Source of the DNA: Bugula neritina
Taxonomy: Eukaryota > Animalia > Bryozoa
DNA length: 64,000 bases
Direction of reading: 5' to 3'
NCBI GenBank assembly: GCA_964035545.1
Contig: OZ037770.1
Coordinates: 5,404,729 to 5,468,728, forward strand
Shown here: in pieces, positions 12,463 to 25,784 of the stretch
Numbering within the stretch: the stretch's first letter is position 1
How the letters are laid out: every line of letters starts with the position of its first letter
Notes under the pieces: generated by a model
Database searches by the model: none
Told to the model about the DNA's origin: nothing
The model's input: only the letters and a program-made list of their open reading frames with translations
Translations under genes and position numbers: made by a program

Positions 12463-15400
12463 TTCGCGTATATCAAGATGACAGAAAGAGACACAGAGCT
12501 ACCCATTCGGAGGAATGAAGGTGAGGAAGATAACGTTGCTATACCTATAGAACCAGAGGGGAGAGTGCATAGGGAATGTTATGAGGAGAAGTACCACTGA
12601 GGGTGCCCACCTTCTCAGGTGAGGAGCCGGTGGAGCAATTCGTCTAAGAATTCCAAGATGTAATGGAGGTTGCACAGTGGCCACCCAGAATAGCATTGCT
12701 CAAGCTCAGGATGGCACTGTCAGACACGGCCTAGCCATACGGAGTAGGACCAGACATTGACGGAATCTTTGTTTCCCTGCGGGCCCGTTTTGGCATCTCC
12801 GCCGTAGACGCGCGGGCCCGTCTCCAGATATTACGGCGTGATCCTCACACGCCGCTACAAGAGCACGCTACCACGGCAATGATGCTGGCACAGATCGCGT
12901 TCTGCAACCTGCCGCAAGTAAACCGTGAGAGGTACACCTATGATGCCTTCGTGCAGTCCATCAACGACTTGGGACTCCATCACCAACTCCTGGCGAGGGG
13001 AGTCACCACGGTCGAAGGTGCGTTTGCAGAAGGGGAAGCTTACCTTCTGGCCAGTCAGCTGCACCGGAGTCGTGTGACTTTTCGTCAGGTGGACATGGAG
13101 CCCTCCGCTGCTCCTACCGCTTCTAACGCGGAAACCATAGCGGTGGCCAAGGTGACGCAGATGACGGTGGCATCGAAGGTCGCACAAATGACCGACATGC
13201 TAGTCGAACTGGTCTCTGCCTTTGCTCCTCTCAGCCAGCTAGACGCTACTCATGAGCTTGACGGGCCACTGGTCCAGTCACCTGGTAGAGGACACCCTTT
13301 CTTGCTGGGAGTGCAGAAGACCAGGACACTTCCAGAAACACTGTCCACGACTTAAACCAGGGTTAAACTACGACGGCCCGCGGATGCTCCCACATCCGGC
13401 GGGCTGCCGATAAATTCCCAAGAGAGGACACAGTGGCGTCCGCCACGCCGGACACCCGTCCGGAACCTCGCGGAACGGCCACCAGGATGGCAAGCAGGCT
13501 GTACAAGCCGCTCGCCGCCGCTGTTCTCAATGCCACCCGCAACAGGTTCGACAAATGACGGACTGCAGAGTCTGCGAAAGGAAAAGCCCAAGCGCTGCAA
13601 GGCGTGGCGCCATCCCCTCAGCAGCTGGTCCCCAGTCGTCGTCAGAAGCCTAACTCCTTCCCCATGGCGAGGGAAATGAGGTCACACAAGATACCACTAC
13701 ACCCCCACGAGAGCAGCCTGTTTCTACCAGGACGGATAGCCGGCAAGCCTGCCAAATTCCTGCTAGACACGGGCTGCACCACCAACCTTCTGGGTCGTCG
13801 ATTCTTTGACACACTCAGCGCTCAGATCCGAAGCAGGTTGAGGCCGTACGAAGGCGATCATGGCACCCTGGCAGACCGGTCGTCCATCTCCTTCTACGGT
13901 GTCATTGAACTCCCTAGGAGCGTCTGTGACCAGACCATCCAGGAGACGTTTATTGTTGGACAACTCTAGGAGGACGCCATCTTTGGGATGCCATTCTTAC
14001 AACGACACGGATGCCGCATCAATTTTGGTAAATCTGCGATGATTATGGGCGGCCGAGAGCTCGCCTGTGTCGATAAGTTTGGCCATCCCCTAACGGGAGA
14101 AGAGCCGGTAGTACGTACTTGTGCTATGCCCGGCCACTCCCGGGACACCGTCCACCGCCAGGTAGACGGTGGCCGTACCTCCAGGCCTGGAGCTGTAGAG
14201 AGCGCGCACCCGAACATCCCACCTATCTGCAGCTCTAACCAGCTGACACGGAGAAGAAAGACCTCGGTGCCATGCCTCCACTCCCCCTCGGAGACGGTGA
14301 ATCTACCACCCACCTCTCCACAAAGCTGTACTTCTTCTGTTCAAGAAGATAACAGCAGACCATCGCGGGAAACCACGATGGGAAGTCCTCTAGAGAACCT
14401 GCTCCAGGGCGAAAGACTTCCTCACCCCACACCCCACACAGCCTGGGGACTCGTGGGGGAGAACTAGACGATTGCGTAGATAACGAGAAGCGCCAAGAGA
14501 CGGCCACGTTACTACATAAAACCGAGGCAACACCTCACCTTGGGGACCGTGACATGCCCCCAGAGGTGGCACAGGACCCCCACGCCGAACCCATCTCAAC
14601 CGATGGCGTCAAGGAGCTAGGACACCTCCAGGAACATATTCCGGGGGTGGTAGCCGACGTCTATCGAATGAAAAGGAAAGGGCGACGACCCAGTGACAAA
14701 CAACGGAAGCAGGGCTGCGCCGAGTGGCAGCTGTACTGCCGACGTTGGAACGCACTGCGGATCGGGCCGGATGGTCTATTGACCATATCTTTGGCCGCTA
14801 ACCACAACCAGCCAGACCCGGAGAGGACCCTCTGTCCTGCAGCCATTCGCCGGGAGTTGATAGAAGAGGGACACCAGCAGGCTCTTGGGGGAGCCCAACA
14901 GGTGCTCACCGAACTACAACTCTGGTGGCATTGGCCTAAAATGGAGCGTGAAGTATGACGCAGAGTTAGGCAGTGCGGAGTCTGCCGGGCCAGTAAGCAC
15001 GGCCGCCCTCCTGGCAGAGTGGGGCGGCAGAGGCAAAGTGCAAAAGAGCCCGGGCAGACGGAGACTGCTGACCTGGTCGACAAAACGCCCAGGATGCAAC
15101 CCAAAGCTGTGGTGAGGCAGGAAAAGCCACACCCGTTCAGGGAAGTGCGCTCACCGCGTTCAGCGTGCAAGCTGCCACCGCCACTTCCTAGGTCAGAAAC
15201 CGACCTAGAAGTGCAAAACCCCCCCACTGGAGGGGGTTCGTGCGGAGATGTTAGGAAAGCTCCATTTGTCACAAACTGGCTGAAAGCACCACCCATGAGA
15301 CGTGACTATCCACGGGTGCGTAAACCGCCCTGGTTGGTGACAACACCTCGGAAACGGTGTTCTAGACCAATCCCCGCGTATTGCAAGGACTTACCACGTG

Positions 15401-15641
15401 CCGTTCAGGGCGCGGTCAAACGTCCTACGAGGCGCCGTACGGGGAAGAGAGCAAGGCGTGGGAGTTGTGAACACCACGAGAATATCAACTTTTGCTTCGG
15501 CGGAATCTCAAACAAGATTCATACGCCGGAAGTAATAAGTCTTAGCCACGTTTCACAACCACGCTGCTCGCTATTTCATCACATTAATACAGCTTTGAGT
15601 AGACGTACGTAGAAATCATAAACATACCACTCTCATTCACA

Positions 15642-16670
15642 ATGGCTTGCCAAGAATCGAGAGGTGAGTTAGTTATGTTTTTGGTACGAGGGCTAAACTG
15701 TATTAATCAGCTTAACTGTAACAGAATAAGCTGGAGACTCGGTAAGGATTTTTAGTGGTGGGAACTCACATTGACTCTAAGACTGAACAGTCCGTTACAG
15801 CAGTGTGTGTTTTCGATCAACTATTCATTAGCTGAGTCTGATGAGTGTCTAATTGAGTTAAGTACCCGCCAGGCTATATACACCGGTTGTACTCAGTGTA
15901 CCCTCTTACACTGTTATACTCTTGCAGATCACACTCGATTGACCAACTCCGGGTCACAAGATCTACACTCTCTCTCCTCCTTGGATAACGGACCGGAAAT
16001 GGACAACGGACTGCCCGCGGTGCTGCGTCGAAGACACAGATGGGTGTCGCGACGGACGGAGCGACAAATTGAAGAAGCCTGGGGACCGAGTAGGTCACAA
16101 CACACCTGCCATGTGTGTTACGAAGAGCTTCCTTCCCACCAAGGACTACGGCTGCATGTAAATGCACACTTCCTGCTACGTTTCTGTCCGTGTGGATTTC
16201 ACGACGTATACCCATACCCCGTCGTGGCTCATATGATGGACTGTTTCGCGGGCGAGGGCTATGTAGTGGACGCGGACAACTATGACCAATATCTAGAAGC
16301 TGTCAGACTAGTGGTTAAGAAGGCTTTGACCTGGGCCGCATTATCCTCCGGATTTTAAACACTACTAACAGCCACCCGTCAGAAATCCCCCATGGTAAAA
16401 ACGGTCGCTGCAATAATACTTCGGCCGGACAACACCCCCATGGAAGCATCAGACTCTCCAGAAGAAGCGACGCCAACTCTAACCAGGCCTAACAGACTAG
16501 CCACGGTTGAGGAAAGACTCCTACGACTGCAGGATGAATTCACCCAGTTGGCCCCCAACTTACTCAGCACTTCAATGAGCCTTAGTGAACTAAAGGGCTC
16601 AGTGGGACGCCTTAAGCGTAGATTACGTGCACGGCAAGCACGACACCGAATCCAGTCCCTGAAAAACTAG
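15642..16670 (+). pseudogene. Retrotransposon ORF3, spliced (15642-15663 + 15928-16670): C2H2-type zinc finger, CPCG Cys/His motif, coiled coil; one in-frame stop
   Basis: ATG GCT TGC CAA GAA TCG AGA G|gtgagt ... ttgcag|AT CAC ACT is in frame with ORFs 15771..16358 and 16392..16670. TAA at 16356-16358 aligns with CAA in the sister element. Confidence 0.8.
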
Positions 16671-18281
16671 GAGCTAGAAGTTGACAGTTCCACCCCACAT
16701 GTCCTCGGGGTACTACATTGTGATCATGTAAATGCTTGATCTGCTAACGACCTACGATCCAGGTCTCTCTCTCTGTGGCTGACCAGCTGTGTGTTGGCCG
16801 TCTGTTATCTTACTTATATGTCTATATATGTTGTACATTTGATATTTTTCTTCTTTCTCTTTGTGGATTTTCTTTACTTATGTTATTTTTGCATTATTAT
16901 ACTATTTTTGTTTTATCAGAAAGTGGGGCTTTCTGCTGGTGGGGGCGGTGTAATGGGATTAAGTAGCATAATAATGGGGTCGTCCCTTCCTGCGTGGAAT
17001 ACTTATAACTATGTTCTACTATCCAATCAGAAGGACCGGAAGGCAAGGTTCCGGTCAAGTGACTGTTCGCGGGTTAGCTAGCAGAAACCATGTGTTGTTG
17101 AGAGCAGGGGCTCGTAGTAGTAACATGTGTTTATAATTGATTGATGTATTGTGGTTTTGATGTGATGTTATAATTATGTTTATCGAGTTAAATAAAGGTT
17201 ATCGTACGCAAGCTCTGTTAGTAATTGCTAGTTAAAGTGAAACTAAATACGCAGGCACTCCACGCTTAATAATTGTGCTAAAACTCACAACAATATGTAG
17301 GCTATTGCTAACAACCTCTTAGACTAAAGTAATCTGCTAACAGGATAGTAGGGTTTTATAGCAATCTTTAAATCAAGTACAGTGTTCACCTTCATACAGA
17401 ATGGCAATAAATTGCATACGCATGAACTAGAATGTTGATAAAATGGTGTAGTGAATTTCCTAATTCACAATATTATGTGGGTCAACTTAAACAAAGCTAC
17501 TACACCAGACTATTTACGTTAAAACAAGTTTATTATTGTAGTGAGTCATGCAATGTACTAATATGAGAATCGTCCTCTCTCCGTTCTAGGAATACTAAGG
17601 CCCCTATGTAGTAACCAATCAGCAGCACCGGAAGATATGCTTCCGACTAATGTGACAGTTCCCGGGCAATTGACATTGATCACGTTGTTGTAAGCGAGGG
17701 CTTGAAGTAGAAACATGTGTTAGTAGAGGACTGATGTTATAGCGTAATTTGATGTAATGTTTGCTTTGTATTGTATTGTGGATAATAAACGTAAGTACTC
17801 GACAGCTACCTTAGTAATTGCTAGAAACTATCTCGCAGACCACCAGAAAACCAGACCATCCGGTCCGAATAGCTGCCGCTACCGCTAGCCCTTCTTTGGA
17901 AACCGAGGTCGACTGCTTGATGACTAAGCTGAGACAATTGGTAGCGACCATAACATACAGGAACCCCAGGGAGTACAAGAGACCAACCATAAAAACTCCC
18001 AGACCAGCTATACGTTGCTAGGGATGTGGCACCCGGGGACACCGCCGCTCGAGCTGCCCATGACCTAGAAAGCAGCAAAAACCCCATGATCCCCGGGAGC
18101 CCCCAAAGCTCCGCGGGCCAAAGCAGAAAAAAAAACGGGGTGGATATCGCCAGCAGTCCGTACGGACCCAGCGGTATGCCCCCCCCACCAGTGGCAAACA
18201 CCTCGGCAAACCAGCCAACCAGGACGACCACAAGAACCTTTCTCTCTGCCTCTCACTAACCACTTCGGTCCGCTACCAGAA

Positions 18282-21200
18282 ATGGAGCCGACCAGCGAGG
18301 CCCCTACAGGCATCGGAGGGGATCAATACACTCCTCTGCAAGGAAAATCTCACCGGCCCCGCAAACCGCGGAACAAACGGGCACAGCCCCAGTCAGCCGA
18401 GACCGAGCACGCTGGGGGAGTACGGGTACAGCCTCACGGAGGTAGCTACTTTTTGCCAGGGAAGGTGGCTGGCAAAGCTGTCACCTTTCTGTTAGACTCC
18501 GGGTGTACCACTAATCTCCTCAGCCGTCGGGTCTTCGACACCCTCCCCTCTAGGGAGAGGGGAGCCTTAGGTCCCTATACCGGGAAACCAGGCACCCTAG
18601 CTGACGGGTCACGGATTCCATCCTACAGTATTATAGAGCTGACTGGGCGCGTCCGCGACCAGGCCATCCAGGAAACCTTCGTCATCAGCCAACTCGAAGA
18701 GGATGCTATACTGGGAATGCTGTTCTTGAAGAGACACGGTTGCCGCATTGACTTTAGCAAGTCAGCCATGCTGATGGCCGGCAAGGAACTCGCCTGTGTC
18801 GACAAGTTTGGTCGTCCCCTAGTGGGAGGCGTGCAGGTAGTACGGAACTGTACAATACCCAGCCGCTCCCGGGCTGCCGTTCACTGTAGAGTGAACAATA
18901 GCCAACTCTCGGGGTTGGGAGTTGTCGAAGGTGCGCACACGAGAATCCAACTCGCCAGCAGGCTTAACCGGCTGACTGACCGAGGAGAGAACTTGGTGCA
19001 GTGTGTCAACCCTTTCTCCGAAGCGGTACAATTACCGTCAGGATCCATGCTGGGCCGCTTCCACTCCATCCAGGAGGAGGATATAAGGCCGTTGCTGGGA
19101 GCTGCGACGGAAGGGCCTCAACAGAGCCGGTCAGTTAGGCGAGGGACCGTCCCACCACACGTTCAAGAGCTATACCAGGCAGCGTGTGACGGCTGGACGG
19201 GCAACGGAGAGCGCCAGGCCATGGCTCAGTTGCTACGTGACTATAGTGAAGTGTTCAGCAGCGGGGACCATGACGTCAGCCTGACCACGGCCGTCCGTCA
19301 TGAGATCACGCTGGCTGCAGGGACTGCCCCTATCCGACAGCCCACTCAGAGACTGGGACCCAAGAAAGAAAAGGAGGCCAGCCAACAAGTCTGGGATTTT
19401 TTGGACCGCGGTCTCATAGAGCCAGCACACAGTGCGTGGAGCTCGCCGGTCGTCCTGGTCCAAAAGAAAGACGGCAGTTGGTGGTTCTGTGTGGATTATC
19501 GCAAACTAAATAACGTGACCATACAGGACGCCTACCCCTTATCCAGGATCGAGGAATCTCTGGTCGCCTTAACCGGCAGCAAGTACTTCAGTTCGCTAAA
19601 CTTGTTGAGCAGCTACTGGCAGGTCCCCCTCAGTCCCGACGCCCAGGAGAAAGAGGCGTTCATCACGCGGGACGGCTTATGGGAGTGGAAAGTCCTACCC
19701 TTTTGCCCGCCTTCCGCTCCCGCCATCTTCCAGAGACTCATAGAACAGGTCCTCAGTGGACTCCACTGGAAGACACTGCTGGTATACCTTGATGTTGTCA
19801 TCATGATCTCCCCAGACTTTCAGACACACATCAGTCGTCTGCGGGAGGTCTTCAAACGACTCAGAGGTGCCAATCTGAAGCTCAAACTTTCCAAGTGCGC
19901 TCTCTTGCAGCCAGAGGTGAAGTACCTGGGGCACATCGTCGGCCATCACGATGTGGCGACGGATCCTGAAAAGGTACGAGCTATAGAGGATTGGGTCACC
20001 CCCCAGGATTTGACCGGGCTACGGGCTTTCCTGCGGCTGGTAGGGTATTACCGGCAATACATACCAGACTTTGCGGGGGTAGCGCAGCCGTTAAATCGGC
20101 TTACCGCAAAGGGGGTGACCTGGCAGTGGACTTCTGTCGAACAGAGAGTGTTCGACTGCCTCAAAGGCCGCCTACTAGAGGCCCCCATCCTAGTCTACCC
20201 AGACCCTGCCCTGGAGTATTTCCTAGATACTGACGTCAGTGACCAAAACGTCGGCGCTGTGCTGTCCCAGTTGCAGGAGGGCCGCGAAGTAGTCGTGGCC
20301 TACTACAGCAAGTCTCTCTCACCCACCGAACGAAATTACTGCACTACCCGAAAGGAACTGCTGGTAGTAATCAAGTCGGTGAAGCACTTTAGACCTTATC
20401 TATACGGCAGGGAGTTCCGCTTGCGGACCGACCGCGCTTCCTTGATTTAGTTGTGCAAGAGAGCAGAACCGTCCAGCCAAGTCGCCAGGTGGCTCGAGGT
20501 CCAGGCCAAATTCTCTTACCGGATCGAACATCGGCCAGGTAAGAAACACGGCAATGCTGACGAACTGAGCCGGCGGCCGGACGAGGGGTGTACAGAGGAT
20601 AGTTAAGAGCATCCTCACTAAGAACATCATAAATTTCTCTCAAAATGTAGTTTGGGTTCTTGAATAATATTGCTCTGCGGATGGCATGCATGTTGCCTAC
20701 TTGCAATTGTTTAGCCTAAGATCAAACTACAACCAATAAGCAGCAACCTTCATTAGGGCTGTGTTATCTATCAACATTTTATTATGGATGCTACATAAAC
20801 AAAGTACAAAGCAAGCTATTCATTATAGCCTGCCAGCTAACAAGCCTGTAATTAGCATGTACGCGCCAATATCTTCTCATCCATACGTGCTCATTGAAGC
20901 GTGAAGTACTGCGTGCTGCTAGTTTCTTATGAAAAAATATGGCATTTTTAGTGTATAAATCACCAATTTGTGGGCAATCTAGAAGATTTATTGGAAAAAG
21001 AAAAAAAATTACCCTGGAAAAATATCTCAGGATTCCAGCAGTGCAATTTTTATTCAGATATCATGCTTTGCTGCTGAGATATTTTACTGGTACTGAAAAG
21101 TCAGCTTTTCAGGAAAAATTGGCCAAAATTGGGGAGTTTTTTGTCTATAACTTTGCAAAAAAAATGAAAATTGAAATTTCCAAAAAAGTTACCCTGGAGA

Positions 21201-23428
21201 ATAAAAAGATCTACAGCATAGTTTTTAAATTTTGACTTAAGCACAATTAGGTGAGATTTTATTTTACTGGTGCTGAATTCTTATATGATTACAATGCAAA
21301 CCTCAGCAAGGCAGTCGCAGCTAAAAGGTTGTCCTTAACTATCCTGTGTCTCCCAAAATCCGAGTTGGAAAAGAGTATGACTGGGACCAGGGTCAATTCC
21401 TACAGAAGGCTGATACGCCCCCGGAGACTATCCAGAGTCTCCGCGCCAATCATGTCTCGACTGATAACGTCAGAGAGCTACGAAGACTCCAAGATGACCC
21501 CCCAGGGGTAGCAGCCGACGTGTATCGGACCAAGAAGGAGGGGCGACGACCCAGCGAAAAACAACTGCGGCAGAGATGCGCCGAGTTACGGCTGTACTGC
21601 CAACGTTGGGACTCCCTGCCGATCAGGCCAGATGGTCTGCTGACCATCACAGTGGCCACCTACAACAGCCAGTACGGGAAAGAGAGGGTGATCTGCCTAG
21701 CCGCCATTTGCCGAGAGTTAGTATGGGACACCCACAAACAGGCTCACGCCGGGGTCAAAAGGGTGCTCGCCAAATTACAGCTCCGGTGGTACTGGCCCGG
21801 CATGTGGCGTGACGTACGGTTTAGAGTCAAACAATGCGAAATCTGCCAAGGCAGCAAGCATGGCCGTCTCCCTGGCGAAGAGGGACGGCGTAGGCTATAT
21901 GCTGGAAGGCCATGGCAGGTGGTAGCTGTCGACCTAGTCGGACCCACGCCTCTCACCCCCAGAGGAAACAGTTGGATACTAGTATTAACCGACCACTTTA
22001 CCCGGTGGGCAGACGCTCTGGCTATTCGAGATGCGTCCGCCCCGACAGTGGCCAGGGTGCTAGACCAAAATGTATTCTGCTACCTCAGACTACCCGAGCA
22101 GATACATTCAGATCAGGGGGCTCAATTCTAGTCTCAACTGTTGAGCGACCTCTGCCGCCTCTGGGGAGTAAACCAAAGCAGAACCACTCCATACCATCCT
22201 CAGGGCAACGGGGTGGTAGAACGCAACAACCGCATGTTGGGCGACGCACTCCGCTGTCTGCTCCTCGGCCGGGGTCAGGAGGAATGGGATACGGTACTAC
22301 CGCAAGTCATGTAGGCCTATCGTAGTACACCACATACCAGTACGGGGGAAACTCCTAACCTCCTGATGCTTGGTCAAGAGACACGAGTGCCCGACCACCT
22401 CACATACCACATCCCAGAACAAGACTATACCATCCACGAGTATGCTCACAAATTGATAGAGAACCTGAGGGCCGCACACGAAATACTGCGAGCAAAGCAG
22501 TGGCAGGTACGGCAAGAGGACTCTCAGAAATCACCCCTCTATCGAACTGGGGACTGGGTGTGGATGATCAACTACCGTAGGCGTCGAGGACAAGCGGCTA
22601 AGCTCCAGCCTAAGTTTGTGGGACCCTACGTGGTAGTTGAGGCTATGCCCAATCATACGTACAAGTTGGAGCGCTCTGGACAGGTCTCTGTCCAGAATGA
22701 GGCCCGCTTGAAACCATATTGGGCTAGCCCAGGAGCAGCAGGAAAATTATCCCCCCCCCCCCGTTGTTGGAACCCAGGAGGTAGACAGCAACGCGCGGGC
22801 GGCAACGGCATGGACCAGAGTACGAGGTGGTTGTGCCGCGGGAGGAGGACTTGGTGAGGCAGGAAAGGCCACTTCCATCAACGGAAGTGCGCCCACCGCC
22901 CCCAATACCAAGTTTACCCACACCACTTCCAGATCCCCATCCGTGTCCGGAAGTGCAAAACCCCCCGTGAGAGGGGCTCCATCCGGAGACAATGGCGGAG
23001 AGGGAAATACCATCACCAATGACAGGCCAGAAACATCACAGGTGGAGCAAAATAGCCCAGCAGTGAGTACACCGTCCCCGACCAACAACCACATCCCCTC
23101 CCTAGCTAGTACGTCACTTCCCTTGGAACAGAGACAGCGTACTAGACAACCCCCAGCATACTTGAAAGACTTCGTATGTGACCGCGTTACAGACGGCAGT
23201 TACGAAAGTCTAGCTGGGCACCGTACAGAAAGATTTGCAGCAAAATGTGGGAGCTGTGAACACCACGAGAATACTAACTTTTGCGAAGGCGGAGTAGTAA
23301 GCAAAACTACTACGCCTGAGGCGAATAGTTCTAGCTGTGCGCAACAACCACGCTGCCTAACCTTTTCATACGCTGACGTTGTCAAGGGCAGACGTATCCA
23401 AACTCGATCTACTGACATCCAAGCTTGA
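18282..23428 (+). pseudogene. pol: Gypsy pol polyprotein (protease, RT, RNase H, integrase), disrupted
   Basis: LLDSGC protease; RT motifs FCVDYRKLN and YLDV (YLDD mutated); RNase H DTDVS...ERNYCTTRKEL; integrase HKQAH..C..C, VAVDLVGP, IHSDQG, GPY, RQPPAYLKDFV; several stops and a 756-bp insertion. Confidence 0.92.
20593..21348 (+). mobile_element. Non-autonomous DNA transposon with CACAGGATAGTTAAGG-type TIRs, inserted in pol
   Basis: Left CAGAGGATAGTTAAGAG, right CCTTAACTATCCTGTG; AT-rich interior; second copy at 61678-62536. No clear TSD and superfamily uncertain (CAC termini). Confidence 0.75.
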
Positions 23429-23437
23429 ACGCTGCGT

Positions 23438-24169
23438 ATGATTACAAATACCGGGTTCCCAGGTAAGCTTGCTTTGACCCAACATTCTCACTAATGGAAT
23501 CAGGTCTAACATCCGTTAGTTCTGATTTAATCGCTCTGATTGAATCAGAACTACTGGGGACCAAGTGGAACCCACCGAACCTGCCAGGTCTGTTTCGAGG
23601 AGTGCCCGTCACACCGCTCCCTGCGTCTGCATGTAGATGCACACTTCCTACTACATTTCTGCCCATGCGGGTTCCACGATGTATACCCGTACACTGTGAT
23701 TGTCCATAAATTGAGCTGCTTTGCCGGAGAGGGCCACATCGTAGATGAGGACAGCTTCTCCCAGTACCTAAACACCATCAAGCCGGTCATCAAGAAGGTT
23801 ATAACCCTGGCCGCACTAGCGTCAGGGTTCCAAGTACTGCTGTTATCCGCCCGCCATAAGTCTCCTATGGTTCAGGGCCCATCCACTACCCTCGTCAACC
23901 CTAGCAACACCCCTGAATCAGAAAGAACAACGATACCCCCAATATCAGAGACTGCTACAACCCCACCAAGGCCTGGCCGATTGGCTAGTGTAGAAGAGCG
24001 GCTTGTAAGACTACAAGCCAAGTTTACGCAACTTGCCCCTGACCTGCTGGATACGACGACAGGCCTATACCAGCTGAAGGACTCAGTGGGGCAACTGAAG
24101 AGGCGGCTACGTGCCCGACAGGCTCGACACAGATCACGCTCGCTACAAGAGTCAGAGTCCACCCAATGA
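23438..24169 (+). pseudogene. Retrotransposon ORF3 (zinc finger/coiled coil); exon 1 at 23438-23462, acceptor and start of exon 2 apparently deleted
   Basis: ATG ATT ACA AAT ACC GGG TTC CCA G|gtaagc; ORF 23540..24169 CQVCFEECPSHRSLRLHVDAHFLLHFCPCGFHD...RLASVEERLVRLQ...LKRRLRARQARHR is homologous to 15928-16670. Confidence 0.78.
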
Positions 24170-25086
24170 GTATGCCTGGGGTAGGCACCTTTCGGTGAAC
24201 TGTATCCTCGTCTGGAAAGTGACGAGTGCACCGACATTGGCCCGCGTGCTGGTAAGCACCCTCTCTCTTTATAGCTGACTAGATGTGTGTGTTCGATCAC
24301 CCTGTTTACTTCTGTATATAAATGTTTGTGTACTCAACTATTTCTCATCTTCCTTTTTGTGGGTTTACTTATGCATTCTTTTTTCTTGGATTATTGTATT
24401 GTTTTTCTTTATATGTGTTTTTTTTCGTATTGTGTTATCAGAAATTAGGGCTTTCTGCTGGGGGGGGGGGGGCGGTGTAGTGAGTCATGCAATGTATTAA
24501 TACGAGAATCGTCTGCTCTCCGTTCTGGGAATACGAAGGCCCCTATGAAGTAACCAATCAGCAGCACCGGAAGATATGCTTCCGACTCATGTGACAATTC
24601 CCGGGCAATTAGCATTGATCACGTTGTTGTAAGCGAGGGTTTGAAGTAGGAACATGTGTTAGTAGTTGACTTATGTATAGGAAAATTTGATGTAATGTTT
24701 GCTTTGTATTATATTGTGGATAATAAACATAATTACTCGACAGCTACCCTAGTAATTGCGAGTAGAATAGCCAACTAAATACGCAAGTAGAAACTCACGC
24801 ACAGTAATTGCATGAATTACTACAATCTTTAATGATACACAATACAGAAATTTATTTTGAAATCAAGCAAAGAGCATCCAACTCAGTCTTTTTTTAACTT
24901 TGCTAGTTCAAACAAAGAGTTGTTTGGCAAGGTAATATATGCAAATATATGGGTATTTGAGCAAATTATGACATAACGAACTATTGAACTAACTAAAAAA
25001 TGCTGCTATAATTCATTCGTGAAGCCTAAATTGATTGTATGTGAATGTGTGTGTGTGTGTGTGTGACTGAGTGGGTATATATATAT

Positions 25087-25559
<473 letters not shown>

Positions 25560-25733
25560 TTTGCAATGCTCGTGACTCCTAGAGTCACTTGAGCACTCTG
25601 GCTTGAGTTTACACACCTTTTAAATATGCTTTAGTAAAACTATAAGTTTCTACTATTGCGAAGGTGTGGGCCATGGTACTCTGTTCTGTGCTGATGAGGG
25701 GACAAATGCCGAAACAGCTGTTGTCCACAGATT

Positions 25734-25782
<49 letters not shown>

Positions 25783-25784
<2 letters not shown>

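Larger units (their letters stand above)
12100..17292 (+). mobile_element. Gypsy/Ty3 LTR retrotransposon, non-autonomous (gag, protease, integrase zinc-binding remnant, ORF3; no RT/RNase H/integrase core)
   Basis: 344-bp TG..CA LTRs at 12100-12443 and 16949-17292 (about 10 mismatches), ATAT TSD, PBS after the 5' LTR, G-rich PPT. Gag has a CWECRRPGHFQKHC knuckle, the protease has LLDTGC, and stops and frameshifts are present. Confidence 0.93.
17537..24824 (+). mobile_element. Gypsy/Ty3 LTR retrotransposon, near full length but defective
   Basis: 5' LTR 17537-17821 (truncated; PBS and most of gag deleted), 3' LTR 24476-24824 (TGTAGTGA..TTACTACA), poly-G PPT; pol order PR-RT-RH-IN. Confidence 0.93.

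Noticed and set aside
23540-24169. Calling ORF3 an env gene
   Set aside because: No signal peptide or transmembrane segment; it has zinc-finger and coiled-coil features instead.
12855-24300. Many overlapping antisense ORFs within the Gypsy elements
   Set aside because: Expected shadow frames of GC-rich gag/pol sequence; not conserved between sister elements.
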